DNA of 64,000 nucleotides, from assembly GCA_020184695.1 (NCBI GenBank), contig JAANOX010000098.1, positions 248,001 through 312,000 of the forward strand. Direction: 5' to 3'. The notes below the pieces were generated by a model that did no database searches, was not told the DNA's origin, and worked only from the letters and a program-made list of their open reading frames with translations. This document shows, in pieces, positions 11,901 to 23,245 of the stretch (positions are counted from its first letter, which is position 1; every line of letters starts with the position of its first letter). Source of the stretch: Histomonas meleagridis 2922-C6/04-290x (Eukaryota > Protista > Parabasalia). The translations under genes were made by a program, and so were the position numbers.

Positions 11901-13894
11901 GGAAATGGTGTTTTGTCTTTAGGATAATTATTTAATAAATCAGGTATAGGTGATTCATAAAGATATTGAAGAATTACATTTAAAGCTTTCGAAGAAGGTT
12001 TATCTAAATTAAACTTTTTAATATGAACATTAGAATGAAATATTAATTTTATAATTAAAGTTTCATAATATTTAACAGGTATTAATTTAACATATTTTTC
12101 AGTTAATTTTTTCGAATAATTTTCATCAATTTTAGTTCCAACTATTAAAGCTAAAGGATCTAAAATATATTTTGTTATTAATTGATATCTTTGACTAATT
12201 AAATAATGATTATTATTTTCTAATAATAATAAATAACATAATCTTTCATATACTTCGATACTATATTTTAATAATTCCAAATCATTTTCTTTTATTAATG
12301 ATTCCATTAATATTTTATGTGTAAATAAATAATATGCATTAAAACCATTAGTTAAATAATCCGAATTATTACTTTTCCAGAATTTCATTTTTAATAAATA
12401 TGTTTCAATGATATTTAACATTTGTTGTTTGTTTTGTTTTAAGAAATTACTTTTCATGAAATTATATTTATTTAATTTTTCTTTCTTATCTTCAGTAAGA
12501 ATTAATTGTATATCTTCAATAGAATCCAACAAACATAATAAACATACTAAATATGAAGGATTATGTGTCATTATGAATTTAGAAAACTTTAATTCATCTG
12601 TTGGATGTTTAATTGCACCAACGACAATTTTATTACGAATATCTTTATTAAGAAATAGAAATGGAGTTTTATCAGCCAACAATGGATTAAATAAATCTTT
12701 TTCATTCGAATAATTCGTTAACAATTGAATAAGTCTCAAACAAATTTCGGGATAATTTAATGCATTTGAACTAATTTTAGCTAAAATTCGATTAACAAAT
12801 TCTTCAAGATATTTTATAGCTTCTTCAAACGTAGGTCGATTTTGAATTTCTTTATTATTTAATCTTAATGAATCAATGATATAACTTAAATTATTCGAGT
12901 TTCCTGTTTCAATAATCTCTTTAACGGAATTATCGATTGATAACTCAAGTAATTTCTCAAATATTCCATCATCAATTGAACGAATGTATAAAAGATTTTG
13001 ATTATTCCAATAAAAATCTTTTGGTACTTCTTCAATGAACTTTTCAAGATGATTCTCAATTGACAATTTAAAGAAATAATAATAATCAGAAATGCTTTCA
13101 TATGGTTTTATCTTTTTCCTACCATATACAACATGAATAACTTTTTGGGGATTAATTTTCCCAATATTTAATGAACGAAATGCTTCTTTAAATTTTCGTT
13201 GAAGTTCTTCATATTTCGGGTCCCCTTTTTTACAAAGAATTGCTTTGAATTCGCTATCTTTAAAGATATTCTTAAATGGTTTAATAATATTTGTATAAAG
13301 TAAATTTAATTTGGTATCATTCGCATCAATAGAATTAATGAATTCATTCGCTTTTTTGTACTCTTGAATTACCATTAACAAAGAGGAAATTTTGTTCGGA
13401 TTAAATGGAAGATTACAATAACATTGTGTAAAATCTTTCCCAACTAATTGCTTATAATGATACTTTCCGCTGAGGATTTTGGTGATCTTTTCTTCTTGTG
13501 TAAAAGTTGAAAGTTCTTCCATCGGAATTCTAGCTTGTAAAAAAATTTCCAATTTATCATCTGGAATGCATGTGTACGCCAGGTCAGAAAAATGATGTTG
13601 ATATGGATTTGAGATAATGTTATAAGCAATTGTACTAAATCGAGGATCAGTTTCGCAAAGCCTTGAGATTTCTTGGAAAATAGGTAAATGATATTGTTTA
13701 TTTGAGTCAACAAATCTAATGACTTGTTCGTTATTCATTTGCGCAAGAACTGTTCTGATATTTTCTGAATTTGAAAAAAATCGGGAAATATGATCTTGAT
13801 ATTCAAGATCATTCCCAAGCTCAATAAATCTATCCCAATCCTTTGTTGTTAAAATCTTTTCAAAAACGCCTGCCGAAAGCTCGTTGCTTGACAT
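8915..13894 (-). CDS. Large hypothetical protein (1659 aa, predicted helical, acidic C-terminus)
   Basis: Uninterrupted 4.98-kb ORF with ATG start; no family recognised. Confidence 0.85.
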   Translation of the reverse strand: MSSNELSAGVFEKILTTKDWDRFIELGNDLEYQDHISRFFSNSENIRTVLAQMNNEQVIRFVDSNKQYHLPIFQEISRLCETDPRFSTIAYNIISNPYQHHFSDLAYTCIPDDKLEIFLQARIPMEELSTFTQEEKITKILSGKYHYKQLVGKDFTQCYCNLPFNPNKISSLLMVIQEYKKANEFINSIDANDTKLNLLYTNIIKPFKNIFKDSEFKAILCKKGDPKYEELQRKFKEAFRSLNIGKINPQKVIHVVYGRKKIKPYESISDYYYFFKLSIENHLEKFIEEVPKDFYWNNQNLLYIRSIDDGIFEKLLELSIDNSVKEIIETGNSNNLSYIIDSLRLNNKEIQNRPTFEEAIKYLEEFVNRILAKISSNALNYPEICLRLIQLLTNYSNEKDLFNPLLADKTPFLFLNKDIRNKIVVGAIKHPTDELKFSKFIMTHNPSYLVCLLCLLDSIEDIQLILTEDKKEKLNKYNFMKSNFLKQNKQQMLNIIETYLLKMKFWKSNNSDYLTNGFNAYYLFTHKILMESLIKENDLELLKYSIEVYERLCYLLLLENNNHYLISQRYQLITKYILDPLALIVGTKIDENYSKKLTEKYVKLIPVKYYETLIIKLIFHSNVHIKKFNLDKPSSKALNVILQYLYESPIPDLLNNYPKDKTPFPEISTILYNQNENNTLISHNWKECIKYKLNKCNVNKVAEVCNEFLTTDIIHISYNQPKTEIIEFQEIYYNISCECWLELIKFVNNYIKIYNSKLYNTNLTIMMMSLQRLIRGISSYLFYTKVTLEKPTIETNFYLYKDVNYKLLYNPAYFPLLKEFNEWNEILYTNENYEIVKEFYKFNFYNDKAPKVINEFDGIIFNINFVRHEESNNISYEKEFHNSILNVINQKLINDIKKTDNTTYDFYIIQNKFKQLPYIKNNKEYYQNALIDFNYQKKFNDVEELKKMSSYGFCDISFLRFIEAIDKCDAKEIYTSYLSMDTLLSYNKIYNSFNKLPLRQNVNYDKTKIKSTITELIDLLLNDLMTDDLKKQFGNKDVTYKQIYQWIKNLSNLTYRINGKLNNLKKFCKINIKQANDRIGENDKTFFKAIYLSEDIDQILIAMTSPVFSASKDILYEKNDNYTLIVTQRILPKIIHQILQQNNMKIFDRFLESIISLCLNPLIVGEPIPKESFDFLSFLSKSNSTINVKKYIIANLCYYLILKFARNDITNINLDVIFDIFNQCYKNNSNEISAFFCQIINLSMCNKLKSKNPIFQEMFSNSPNTYIVSYYKPIPNGFNLIIPKEFQIVYEKIIDLYILPNLISNNNNIIELTIAILTKSDLFSVLPKKIVPFLVKGLNEFNPSEDNSTFLRFATIFIIKNREFYETCFESYKNMLNKLKTYAIQICKENINNKTDDEPETFINLCTTYDIILNTIQKPFNKFQDKNLMKLFSMFCRDLSKVLDNYRPLILSYEFNILRSNCIALGDESFEKCVTSDDPEIALTEFINCINNHHIDFVYYLPEPLQKIFNILSEHFNEKHTLQIANLPMILQNNMQLVYMLQNSVHKNMPKNCTEEEYIDIIGKLGIFADYFIPVEEVEHTQQQNNTKTSEKFIRERDDVFSDVASMTIPISNLMLSDESDVDVDHPNDDVILSDNAVENEVVNDENEEFNDAQEFFNF

Positions 13895-13956
13895 TTTAAT
13901 TATTCACTTTTTGAATTATGTGAATCAATTCAATTTATAAACAACATTTTGAGAAA

Positions 13957-13964
13957 AAACCGTT
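13957..13964 (-). promoter_or_regulatory. M3-like core promoter motif (AACGGTTT)
   Basis: Matches the Trichomonas M3 consensus [AGT][AG]C[GC]G[TC]T[TAG], about 60 nt upstream of ATG 13894. Confidence 0.45.
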
Positions 13965-13965
13965 G

Positions 13966-15364
13966 TCATAAATACTGAAAATCATTAGAGGATGTGTCAT
14001 ATTCTAAAAAATTATTTTTAACTGCTATATGAAGTACTATTCCGAATTATTAAAACAAATGAATATTTTTTGTATTGACATCAATTCCTTCTTTATATAA
14101 AATATATGTCACAAGTTCAATATTTCCTGATTCTGATGCAAATGGCAAAATATTTTTTGGAATGTGAATATTTTGAAGGAAATATTGAACGAGATATAAA
14201 TTTACATTTCTTGTTGATTTATTTTATGTTATCAGCATTAACATTAATCCCTTTTTCTTCCAATAATACTAAAATTTCATAATTTCCACTTATGATGCAA
14301 AAGCATCGCAAATCATTAATGTCACTTTATTTTATATTTGCATTCAATCGCTTGTAAATGTTGATTTGCTTTTATTTCCGTAAACTTGATAATTTTGTAC
14401 ATTATTTTTATGTGATTGATTATCATAAAGATATCATTCCTATGAAACAAAATTGCTGTTTCATATGCATCTTTGATGTATTTGTTACATTTGAATTATT
14501 CATAAGTAAATATTTAAAACATTTAACTGAAGAAAAAAATGCTGCATAATCAATTAATGAAACATTTTTTTTATTAATAAATGAACATCTCATAAAGTGT
14601 TGGTTCAATTGTTTGGTTAATATCAAAATTTGTTTGTGATGATATTTCTTGAAGTTTTTCTATTTCATCATTCCGAATTATTTGCGCATTTTCACTTGGA
14701 TTAACTCCTTCTTGAATATACTTCTTATGAAGCTCCCAATCATTCTTGGAAAGTTCTTCATAATGATCACGAAAGTATCTTTCTATTGGATCATTTCCAT
14801 TAAACCAAAATGGCAAATGATTTTGGTTTTAATTTTCTTCTTTTGCTTTATAATGAGAAAAATATTTTGAATTAATATTTTTATCAATTAGATTTTGTTC
14901 AATCATTTTCTCGATTAAATAATATGATTCTTGTGTTATTTGTATATATACGTTTGATAAAAATTGAAATTAGTTTAAAAATATTTTGATTAAATTCTTC
15001 TTTAGTTTGAAGTTCTTTTAAAAAATTTATGTAAATCTCAAATACTTGCTTTGGTGTGAAAATGCATTATAAATGATGTTACTTATAATGGTAAAAATGT
15101 GTAGGGAATATTTGAATTGAATAATTTCAATATTTTTTTAACGGACGGCTGGAAGTTTTCTTCTGTTAAACTGAGTATCGCTTTCTCAAGTTCAATTAGT
15201 AATTTCAAGCAGGATAATAAATTATTCAAATTTTTATCTCCTGTGTTTGTGATGGTGGTATCATCATTAGGCATGTGATTAATTAAGTATGTGGTTGTAT
15301 TATTCCAACTATTTTTCAAAACGTGGTGTACTTCCATTCGAACTGATTTGATATGTAGTGGCAT
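13966..15364 (-). pseudogene. DUF3447-ankyrin pseudogene (locus D) with a 15-nt minimal spacer
   Basis: ORF fragments 15364-15083 (LIELEKAILSLTEENFQPSV, like the N-termini of the paralogs), 14816-14574 (KNDWELHKKYIQEGVNP..IIRNDEIEKLQEI) and 14626-14423 (SLIDYAAFFSSVKCFKYLL) are joined by frameshifts. Downstream: ...ESGNIELVTYILYKEGIDVNTKNIHLF**FGIVLHIAVKNN. Confidence 0.8.
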
Positions 15365-15458
15365 TACATCAACAAATATGGAAAATTAAAACAATATGAA
15401 TTGAAAAGATAAAAAATTTTTATTATATTTAAAAAAAAGTTACAAACAAATTTGGATT

Positions 15459-16856
15459 TTACGCAATGTTTTGATTTCCAAGAAATTTAGCCACACCGCT
15501 TCTGTATACTTTAACCATTAATGCGGTGAAAAGTGTGTAAAACACCCAAATCAAAATTGCTGTAATTATTGTTGAGTATAAAAATGAAAGTATATTATAT
15601 GACAATGATCCATCTGTTGTTAAACCATAAAACACATACACAGAATCACCAAATATCACACTTAACATTAGCTGATATAAATCAATGAAGTTCTGAGTAG
15701 TCTCCATAAAGAATCCGAACAAAAACACACAAACAAACATTAACCCCATTAAAACTGGCGCAAAAATAGAAATCAAAAAACATAGTTTCTTAAATCCTTG
15801 TCTAATTACAAGTGCAACTGCATAACACCTTGGAAGAAATGTTAGCCATTGAATTGTGCTGGCCGATACAAATAAACCGGCAAAACCAAACAAAATCATT
15901 GAATTTAACGTTGGAAACTGAGTCATCGTCTTCGAGCATTGAATTAGGAACACGCTCGAAATGATCATGATGACATTAGAGAAAAAATTGAATATTTGCC
16001 AGAAGCCAACTGAATAATGAAATTGCTCATATGTACTTAAGTCTTTATACTTAGGATTGGTTCGAAGTAATTGATGATGAGAATTAAACGATTTGACAAG
16101 AAGTGATAATGTGGTAATAAAATAAACAACAGAGATTTCTATTAAACGTACACCAGAAATAAGAGTGGGTTTGGTAAATGAAATGCTTTCTGGTGAAAAA
16201 AATTCAATGATATCCGATTTAGAACAACTTGAGCGAACAAGTGAAGACGAGCCTTTGAAAAGAAAACTGCCTTTTTGAAGTTCTACATGAAGCTGGGCTT
16301 CCCATTGTGTACAACCAGATATTTCAGAATCATTATTTGAGATTGTGAATTCACTGGAAAAAACAATCGCTGAGACATGTCGAAAAAGTTCCTGAGAAAT
16401 GTTGATTGGAGTGTTAGTTGTTGTGCCGTTTAACCATTCGTAAGTCGTTACAACTGTTTGACTTGAATTAGTAAATGCAAAATGATGGAATGAATCTGTT
16501 TTTAGATCGATAAGTGATTCAGAAAATTTATCAATCGCAGAATAAAGATCATCGAATGAAGAGAATAAAAAATCATCTTCTTTTGGGAAAAGATAGTCAT
16601 TAAACATTTCTCTTATTTGATAAATGTTAGTTGTTGACCTGAGAATTAAAGTTGCATAAACATATAACACATATATGAATTGGGCTAAATGAAATAATAA
16701 TGGCCATGGTGGAGAATAATGTTCACGCCATTTTTCAAAATGACGTGATCTGAAATCAAATAACGAAAAATGAGAGAAATGAGAAACGAAATGAATTCGA
16801 ATTCCCATTTCCTTGATTTTTGTAAAATCTAACGAGGATGAATTAGGGTGCCCCAA
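15459..16856 (-). CDS. Mucolipin/TRPML-like (polycystin family) cation channel
   Basis: N-terminal PPWPLLFHLAQFIYV (mucolipin KPWKL.LQI.K-like), large luminal loop, C-terminal multi-TM block, and pore-like QLMLSVIFGDSVYVFY. Confidence 0.7.
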   Translation of the reverse strand: MGHPNSSSLDFTKIKEMGIRIHFVSHFSHFSLFDFRSRHFEKWREHYSPPWPLLFHLAQFIYVLYVYATLILRSTTNIYQIREMFNDYLFPKEDDFLFSSFDDLYSAIDKFSESLIDLKTDSFHHFAFTNSSQTVVTTYEWLNGTTTNTPINISQELFRHVSAIVFSSEFTISNNDSEISGCTQWEAQLHVELQKGSFLFKGSSSLVRSSCSKSDIIEFFSPESISFTKPTLISGVRLIEISVVYFITTLSLLVKSFNSHHQLLRTNPKYKDLSTYEQFHYSVGFWQIFNFFSNVIMIISSVFLIQCSKTMTQFPTLNSMILFGFAGLFVSASTIQWLTFLPRCYAVALVIRQGFKKLCFLISIFAPVLMGLMFVCVFLFGFFMETTQNFIDLYQLMLSVIFGDSVYVFYGLTTDGSLSYNILSFLYSTIITAILIWVFYTLFTALMVKVYRSGVAKFLGNQNIA

Positions 16857-17385
16857 TGACTATTCACTAATAAAAAAAATTTATCTGCATTGGGCTTTAG
16901 ATGATCTATTGTTTAATTTCATGCACACACATAAGAACCAATTGATTTTGAACAATAATGGTTGCTTAATTATTTCGTGTTAAATTAGAATCAACCCCAA
17001 AATTCTCAAATGAGAATTCACAAAAAAATTGCTTTTGACACAACACTCTCGCACAAGAAGTCAAGAGAAATACGTGGTTTAAGGCTTACAATCGCAAAAA
17101 CTTCAAAAATAAAAAATTAATATGAAAAAAAATGATAACCAGATTATTCCAAAAACGCACAAGCTCTGAACTCACTTTTAAAGAGAATTTTGTTCATTCG
17201 AATATTTGGAAATTTTGGATTCAGCATATATTAATCAAACATTTGCTGCAGGTAAACAGAAATTTGTTAGGAGTGGCCTGTGGCAAAAGATGGGATTGAC
17301 ATAAATTAATATCCAAGTTGAGCTATTTATGCAAATTCGGCTTTACATAATAAACGGTCATTAAATAACGAACTTTTGAAGTTGG

Positions 17386-20300
17386 ATGAGTGTAAACACT
17401 GCTGTTGCTTCTGAGTTATTGGACATAAGTGAGAAGAAAAAAGCGTATCAAAGGCATGCACTTGCTCTTGATGAAATAGCTGCAAAAAGATGTGTAGTTG
17501 ACACATCACCACCACCAAAAGTTCCTAGATTAGTTGAATATCAAAAAAATAAAGAGAAAAACAGAGCAATCCAACTTCAAATAGAAAACGAAAATATTAG
17601 AATGATTTCAGCCATGCGTCAAAATCATAAAATTCGAGCAATCAAAACACCAAATCCACCACACGTCACACAGAATTGGGTTGGTAAACTTCGGGAGTGT
17701 GAGTTACAACTTTCGTTATTGCAACAACAAGCTTCAAAGAGTAAAGAGCGAATTATTCATGATGATGGAATGACAGTAATCGACACTAAACCAAGCAACA
17801 AACTTGAATCTTCCAATTTTAGAGTCACTAAATCAAGGCAATCACATACTCCTAAGAAAAATCGGAAATATTCATATGTTTCATCAAAGAAAGAAACACC
17901 GAAAGAATCACAAGCAATTGTTTTACCTAAGATTAACAACAGCAAACAAACAAGAGCTAAGACAAATCAATCAGTTCGAAGAATTTCAGTGAAATCTAAT
18001 TATCAAAAAGAGCAAAATGAAGAACCAAAAATTAGTGTTCCATCAGTAGAAATGCCAACGACACGTAAAACAAGAAGAACAGGGACCAAACTTAATAGTC
18101 CACAAATCCAAACGCATAAATCTAAGCAGGAAACAAAAGAACAAAAACTTAAATTAAATCTGTTTGCAAAAGAAAACAGTACAAAGTTCGAAAGCGAATA
18201 TAGCAAAAAGAGTATTAGCAGTAAATATGAAAAAGAAGATTTCGAAAGTGACTTCAGTAAATCCAATAAAACATCAAAGAAGAGCTCAAGTAAACATAGC
18301 AGTGAAAGTGACAAAGAATCAAAGGAAAGCAAAAGCAGTAAATTCGATAAAGATTTCGAAAGCGATTTCAGTAAATCCAATAAGGAATCACGCGAAAGCA
18401 GCGAATATAGTAAGAAGAGCTCCCATAAATCACGAAACAGTTCAAAAGAAGAATTCGAAAGTGACTTCAGTAAATCCAATAAAACATCAAAGAAGAGCTC
18501 AAGTAAACATAGCAGTGAAAGTGACAAAGAATCAAAGGAAAGCAAAAGCAGTAAATTCGATAAAGAAGATTTCGAAAGTGATTTCAGTAAATCTAACAAA
18601 GAGTCACGCAAAAGCAGTAGTGAATCAGGTAAAGAATCAAAGGAAAGCAAAAGCAGTAAATTCGATAAAGAAGAATTCGAAAGTGACTTCAGTAAATCCA
18701 ATAAAACATCAAAGAAGAGCTCAAGTAAACATAGCAGTGAAAGTGACAAAGAATCAAAGGAAAGCAAAAGCAGTAAATTCGATAAAGAAGATTTCGAAAG
18801 TGATTTCAGTAAATCTAACAAAGAGTCACGCAAAAGCAGTAGTGAATCAGGTAAAGAATCAAAGGAAAGCAAAAGCAGTAAATTCGATAAAGAAGATTTC
18901 GAAAGTGACTTCAGTAAATCCAATAAAACATCAAAGAAGAGCTCAAGTAAACATAGCAGTGAAAGTGACAAAGAATCAAAGGAAAGCAAAAGCAGTAAAT
19001 TCGATAAAGAAGATTTCGAAAGTGATTTCAGTAAATCTAACAAAGAGTCACGCAAAAGCAGTAGTGAATCAGGTAAAGAATCAAAGGAAAGTGAAAAAGA
19101 ATTGTCAAGCAAGAAGAGCGAAAGCAGCAGTAAATCTGATAAAGATGATTTTGATAACGATTTCGATGAATTCAACAAAGAGTCAGATAAGGAATCAAAG
19201 AATAGCCAAAAAGAATCATCAGAAAAAAGAAGCGAAAGCAGTGATAAATCTGATAAAGAGAAATCAGACAAAAAGAGCGAAAGCAGTAGTAAATCTGACA
19301 AAGATTTCGATGACTTTAATAAGGAATCAGATAAAGAATCAAAGAAGAGCGAAAAAGAATCATCAAGTAAAAAGAGCGAAAGCAGTGATAAATCTGATAA
19401 AGATTTCGATGACTTTAAAAATGAATCAGACAAAAGCAGCAGTAGTAAATCTTATAAAGAAGAATCAAATGATTTCAACAAAGAGTCAGATAAAGAATCA
19501 AAGAATAGCCAAAAAGAATCATCAGAAAAAAGAAGCGAAAGCAGTGATAAATCTGATAAAGAAGAATCAAATGAACTCAACAAAGAGTCAGATGAAGAAT
19601 CAAAGAAAAGTGAAAAAGAATCATCAGACAAAAAGAGCGAAAGCAGTTATAAATCTGATAAAGATTTCGATGACTTTAATAATGAATCAGACAAAAGCAG
19701 CAGTGAAAGTAAACATAGCGAAAAGTCTGATGAAAGCTCAAACAAAGAGACAAAACTTAGTATCAAACTTAACGAACAAGATAAAGATGAAGAAAATGTC
19801 AAAGAAAGAAGTATGAATCAAAACGAATCTGAAAAAGAAAACAAACATAGAAATGATAATGAAGAATCTGATGAGAAAACGAGAAGTGAAAACGAAAAAG
19901 ATAAAGAATCAAATAGTAGTAAATCTAATTCAGAAAGTGAAAGGAAATCAAATCGTGACGAAATGCCAAAACTTAAAAAAGACATAAATAAGAGCGAAAG
20001 TGATATTGATGATTCTGATAAAGGAAATGAAAGCAGTGAAACATCAGACAAAGAATCACCAAAACTTAGTGTTAAACTTAAATATAATAAAGACTTAGAA
20101 AATGAATCAGACAAACAAAATAAAGAAAGTTCAGATAAAAAACAAAGCAGTGAATCAGATAAAGAATATAAGAGCAGTGACAGCAGTGGCGAAGAAAACT
20201 CTAAATCAAGTAAAAAGAGCAGTGAATCAGATAAAGAAAATTCTAATTCAGATGAAATACAAAGCAGAAGTAATAGTGAATCAGATAAAGAAACGCCAAA

Positions 20301-22388
20301 ACTCAGCTTAAATTTTGGTAATAATCAAAAAAAGATAACAACGATGACTTTGAAAATGAAAACAATCAATCAGATAAAAAAGAAAATAAGAGTAGCGAAG
20401 AAAGCTCTAAATCAAGTAAAAAGAGAGCAGTGAATCAGATAAAGAAAAATTCTAATTCAGATGAAATACAAAGCAGAAGTAATAGTGAATCAGATAAAGA
20501 AACGCCAAAACTCAGCTTAAATTTTGGTAATAATCAAAAAGATAACAACGATGACTTTGAAAATGAAAACAATCAATCAGATAAAAAAGAAAATAAGAGT
20601 AGCGAAGAAAGCTCTAAATCAAGTAAAAAGAGCAGTGAATCAGATAAAGAAAATTCTAATTCAGATGAAATACAAAGCAGAAGTAATAGTGAATCAGATA
20701 AAGAAACGCCAAAACTCAGCTTAAATTTTGGTAATAATCAAAAAGATAACAACGATGACTTTGAAAATGAAAACAATCAATCAGATAAAAAAGAAAATAA
20801 GAGTAGCGAAGAAAGCTCTAAATCAAGTAAAAAGAGCAGTGAATCAGATAAAGAAAATTCTAATTCAGATGAAATGCAAAGCAGAAGTAATAGTGAATCA
20901 GATAAAGAAACGCCAAAACTCAGCTTAAATTTTGGTAATAATCAAAAAGATAACAATGATAACTTTGAAAGCGATGATGATAAATCAGATAAAGAAAACA
21001 AAAACAGTGAAAGCGAAAGATCAGATGAAAAACAAGGCAAAAACAGCAGTGAAACATCAGATAAAGAAGGAAAAAGCGAATCAGACAATGATTCACCAAA
21101 ACTTAATAACAACAATGAAGAACTAGAAAAAGAAATCAATGAATCACATAAAGAAAGCTCAGATGAAAAGCAAAGCAAAAGTGAAAGTGAATCAGATAAG
21201 CAAAACAAGAGCAGTGACAGTAGCAATAACGAGGACTCTGAATCAGATAAAGAAAATAATAAAAACGAAAATTCTAATTCAGATGAAATGCAAAGCAGAA
21301 GTAATAGTGAATCAGATAAAGAAACGCCAAAACTCAGTTTAAATTTTGGTAATGATCAAAAAGATAATAACGAAGACTTTGAAAGCGATGATGATAAATC
21401 AGATAAAGAAAAAGAAAAGAAGAGTAGTGACAGCAGTAGCGAAGAAAGCTCTAAATCAAGTAAAAAGAGCAGTGAATCAGATAAAGAAAATTCTAATTCA
21501 GATGAAATACAAAGCAGAAGTAATAGTGAATCAGATAAAGAAACGCCAAAACTCAGCTTAAATTTTGGTAATAATCAAAAAGATAACAACGAAGACTTTG
21601 AAAATGAAAGCAGTGAACCAGATAAAGATAAAGAAGAGAATGACAGTGCTAAAGAAAAATCAAGTGAGAAACAAAGCAAAAGCAGCAGTGAATCAGATGA
21701 AGAAACGCCAAAACTCAGTTTAAAAATTGGTAATGACAAAGAAGATAACATTAGTGATGAAGAACGTTCAGACAAGAAGCAAAGCGAAAACAGCAGTGAG
21801 TCGGACAAAGAAAAAGAAAAAAGCGAAACCTCAAACAAAAATGGTGAAAGTGAATTGGATAAAGAAAAAGAAGATAAAAGCGGCAGTGAATCAAACAGTA
21901 AATCTGATAAAGGACAAAAAAGCATTGAAACGTCAGACGAAGAAAACATTTCACTTGGTAAAGCAAGCGCAAATAATGATGAAGAAGATATCGACAACGA
22001 AAACTCAAATTCTGATGACAAAATGAGCAAAGAAAACAGTGAAACAAAACATGAACAAGAAAATACGAGTAATGATTCAGACAACGAAAATCAGAACAAT
22101 GAATCTGTTGAAGAATCGCAAAAACTTAATAATTCTGATAAAGAAAGAGAAAGTAATGACAATGACTATAATGACTTCGAATCAAATAGTAATAATAATG
22201 ATAAAAAAACTATTGAACGTGAAGCTAATGAATATGCAAAACTAAATGGAGAAAATGATGAATATAATGACGAATATGATTTCGGAGAAGAAAAAAATTT
22301 CTCTGATATACAAATTATTGACTATGATGATCCAAATAACAAAGAAAACTTTGATGATTTCGATGACGGAAAAGATCCTTTTGATTAG
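17386..22388 (+). CDS. About 1,665-aa Ser/Glu/Lys/Asp-rich low-complexity protein with a CFAP97/hemingway-like N-terminal domain; frameshifted at ~20327-20450
   Basis: ORFs 17386-20433 and 20430-22388 carry the same repeat. The first 204-bp repeat copy is 209 bp (+2 A, +AG, +1 A), which breaks the frame. N-terminus: YQRHALALDEIAAKRCVVDTSPP...IQLQIENENIRMISAM. Confidence 0.75.
18448..19090 (+). repeat. Coding tandem repeat, ~3 x 222 bp (74 aa EEFESDFSKSNK...SSKFDK)
   Basis: Unit starts at 18448, 18670 and 18892, spaced 222 bp apart; partial copies upstream from ~18235. Confidence 0.9.
20200..20960 (+). repeat. Coding tandem repeat, 204-bp (68 aa) unit ...QSRSNSESDKETPKLSLNFGNNQKD...
   Basis: The anchor ATGAAA recurs at 20252, 20461, 20665 and 20869 (spacings 209, 204, 204); further dispersed copies to ~21730. 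Confidence 0.9.
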
Positions 22389-22909
22389 ATTTTTGTCATA
22401 TCGAAAATTGTTCAATTAAAAATGTGTGATAAAACTTATAATCTGCTTGTAGTTAGCAAAATTTGTAATGTATCTTAAGATTACTTTTTTGGAAAGATAA
22501 ATAAAAAAATAAAGTTTTTATTGAACTATCGATAGTTACTAATTCATGAATAACTATTAATATACATAGAATTGGAATAGAAATTATAAATGACATTCAT
22601 TAAAATGCTTTGTAGCCATCTATTTGATATGCAATGATTTGTTTCATGTTCCAGAAGCTCTTCTTTGTTGTTTTTTCTTTCAAAGCATTGCTTAGAAATG
22701 ATTATTTTTTTTTTTTAGTATTAAAAAGGTATAAAATGCATGGAATATAGAAGAAACAATATAGGATGGATTCAATAACTGCAATGACAAATGCATTGTG
22801 GAAGCCAGATGCATATTCTTCTTGGTAAAAAGACTCATTATTATTATACGAAAAAAGTATTGGTAAAATAAAGAGGGAGATTTATAAATTTATGAAAACA
22901 ACGTCTTAT

Positions 22910-23245
22910 TTAGTTTGATTCAGAGACTGAATCTTGTTGAGTGTTAGAAAAAAGATTTTCAGGAAAAAGAGATAAAGAAAGAGGAGCACCAAACTCGCGA
23001 ATTATTTCATTTTGTACTTTATAGAATAACATTCTTAAATCACTTAATGGAATTCTGATGTGAAATTGATCCATCCCGAAGAATACAATTATTTCGTTTA
23101 TCTTGTGATCTTTTACCATCGCCATCAAAGCTCTTTCTTGTTCTTCAAGTGCAGTCTCTTCATGGTATTCAAATTGTGATTCTGGTACTATATTGCTTGT
23201 TTTTGTAATCGGTGGGATATCATTTGGCTTTGGTTTCATGAACAT
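22910..23245 (-). CDS. Small hypothetical protein (111 aa; frame stays open ~30 codons upstream without an ATG)
   Basis: Protein-like composition and higher GC than the flanks; no family recognised. Confidence 0.5.
   Translation of the reverse strand: MFMKPKPNDIPPITKTSNIVPESQFEYHEETALEEQERALMAMVKDHKINEIIVFFGMDQFHIRIPLSDLRMLFYKVQNEIIREFGAPLSLSLFPENLFSNTQQDSVSESN

Noticed and set aside
18003-22084. Long antisense Leu/Ser-rich and alternative-frame Lys/Val-rich ORFs
   Set aside because: Shadow ORFs of the low-complexity S/E/K/D repeat gene.
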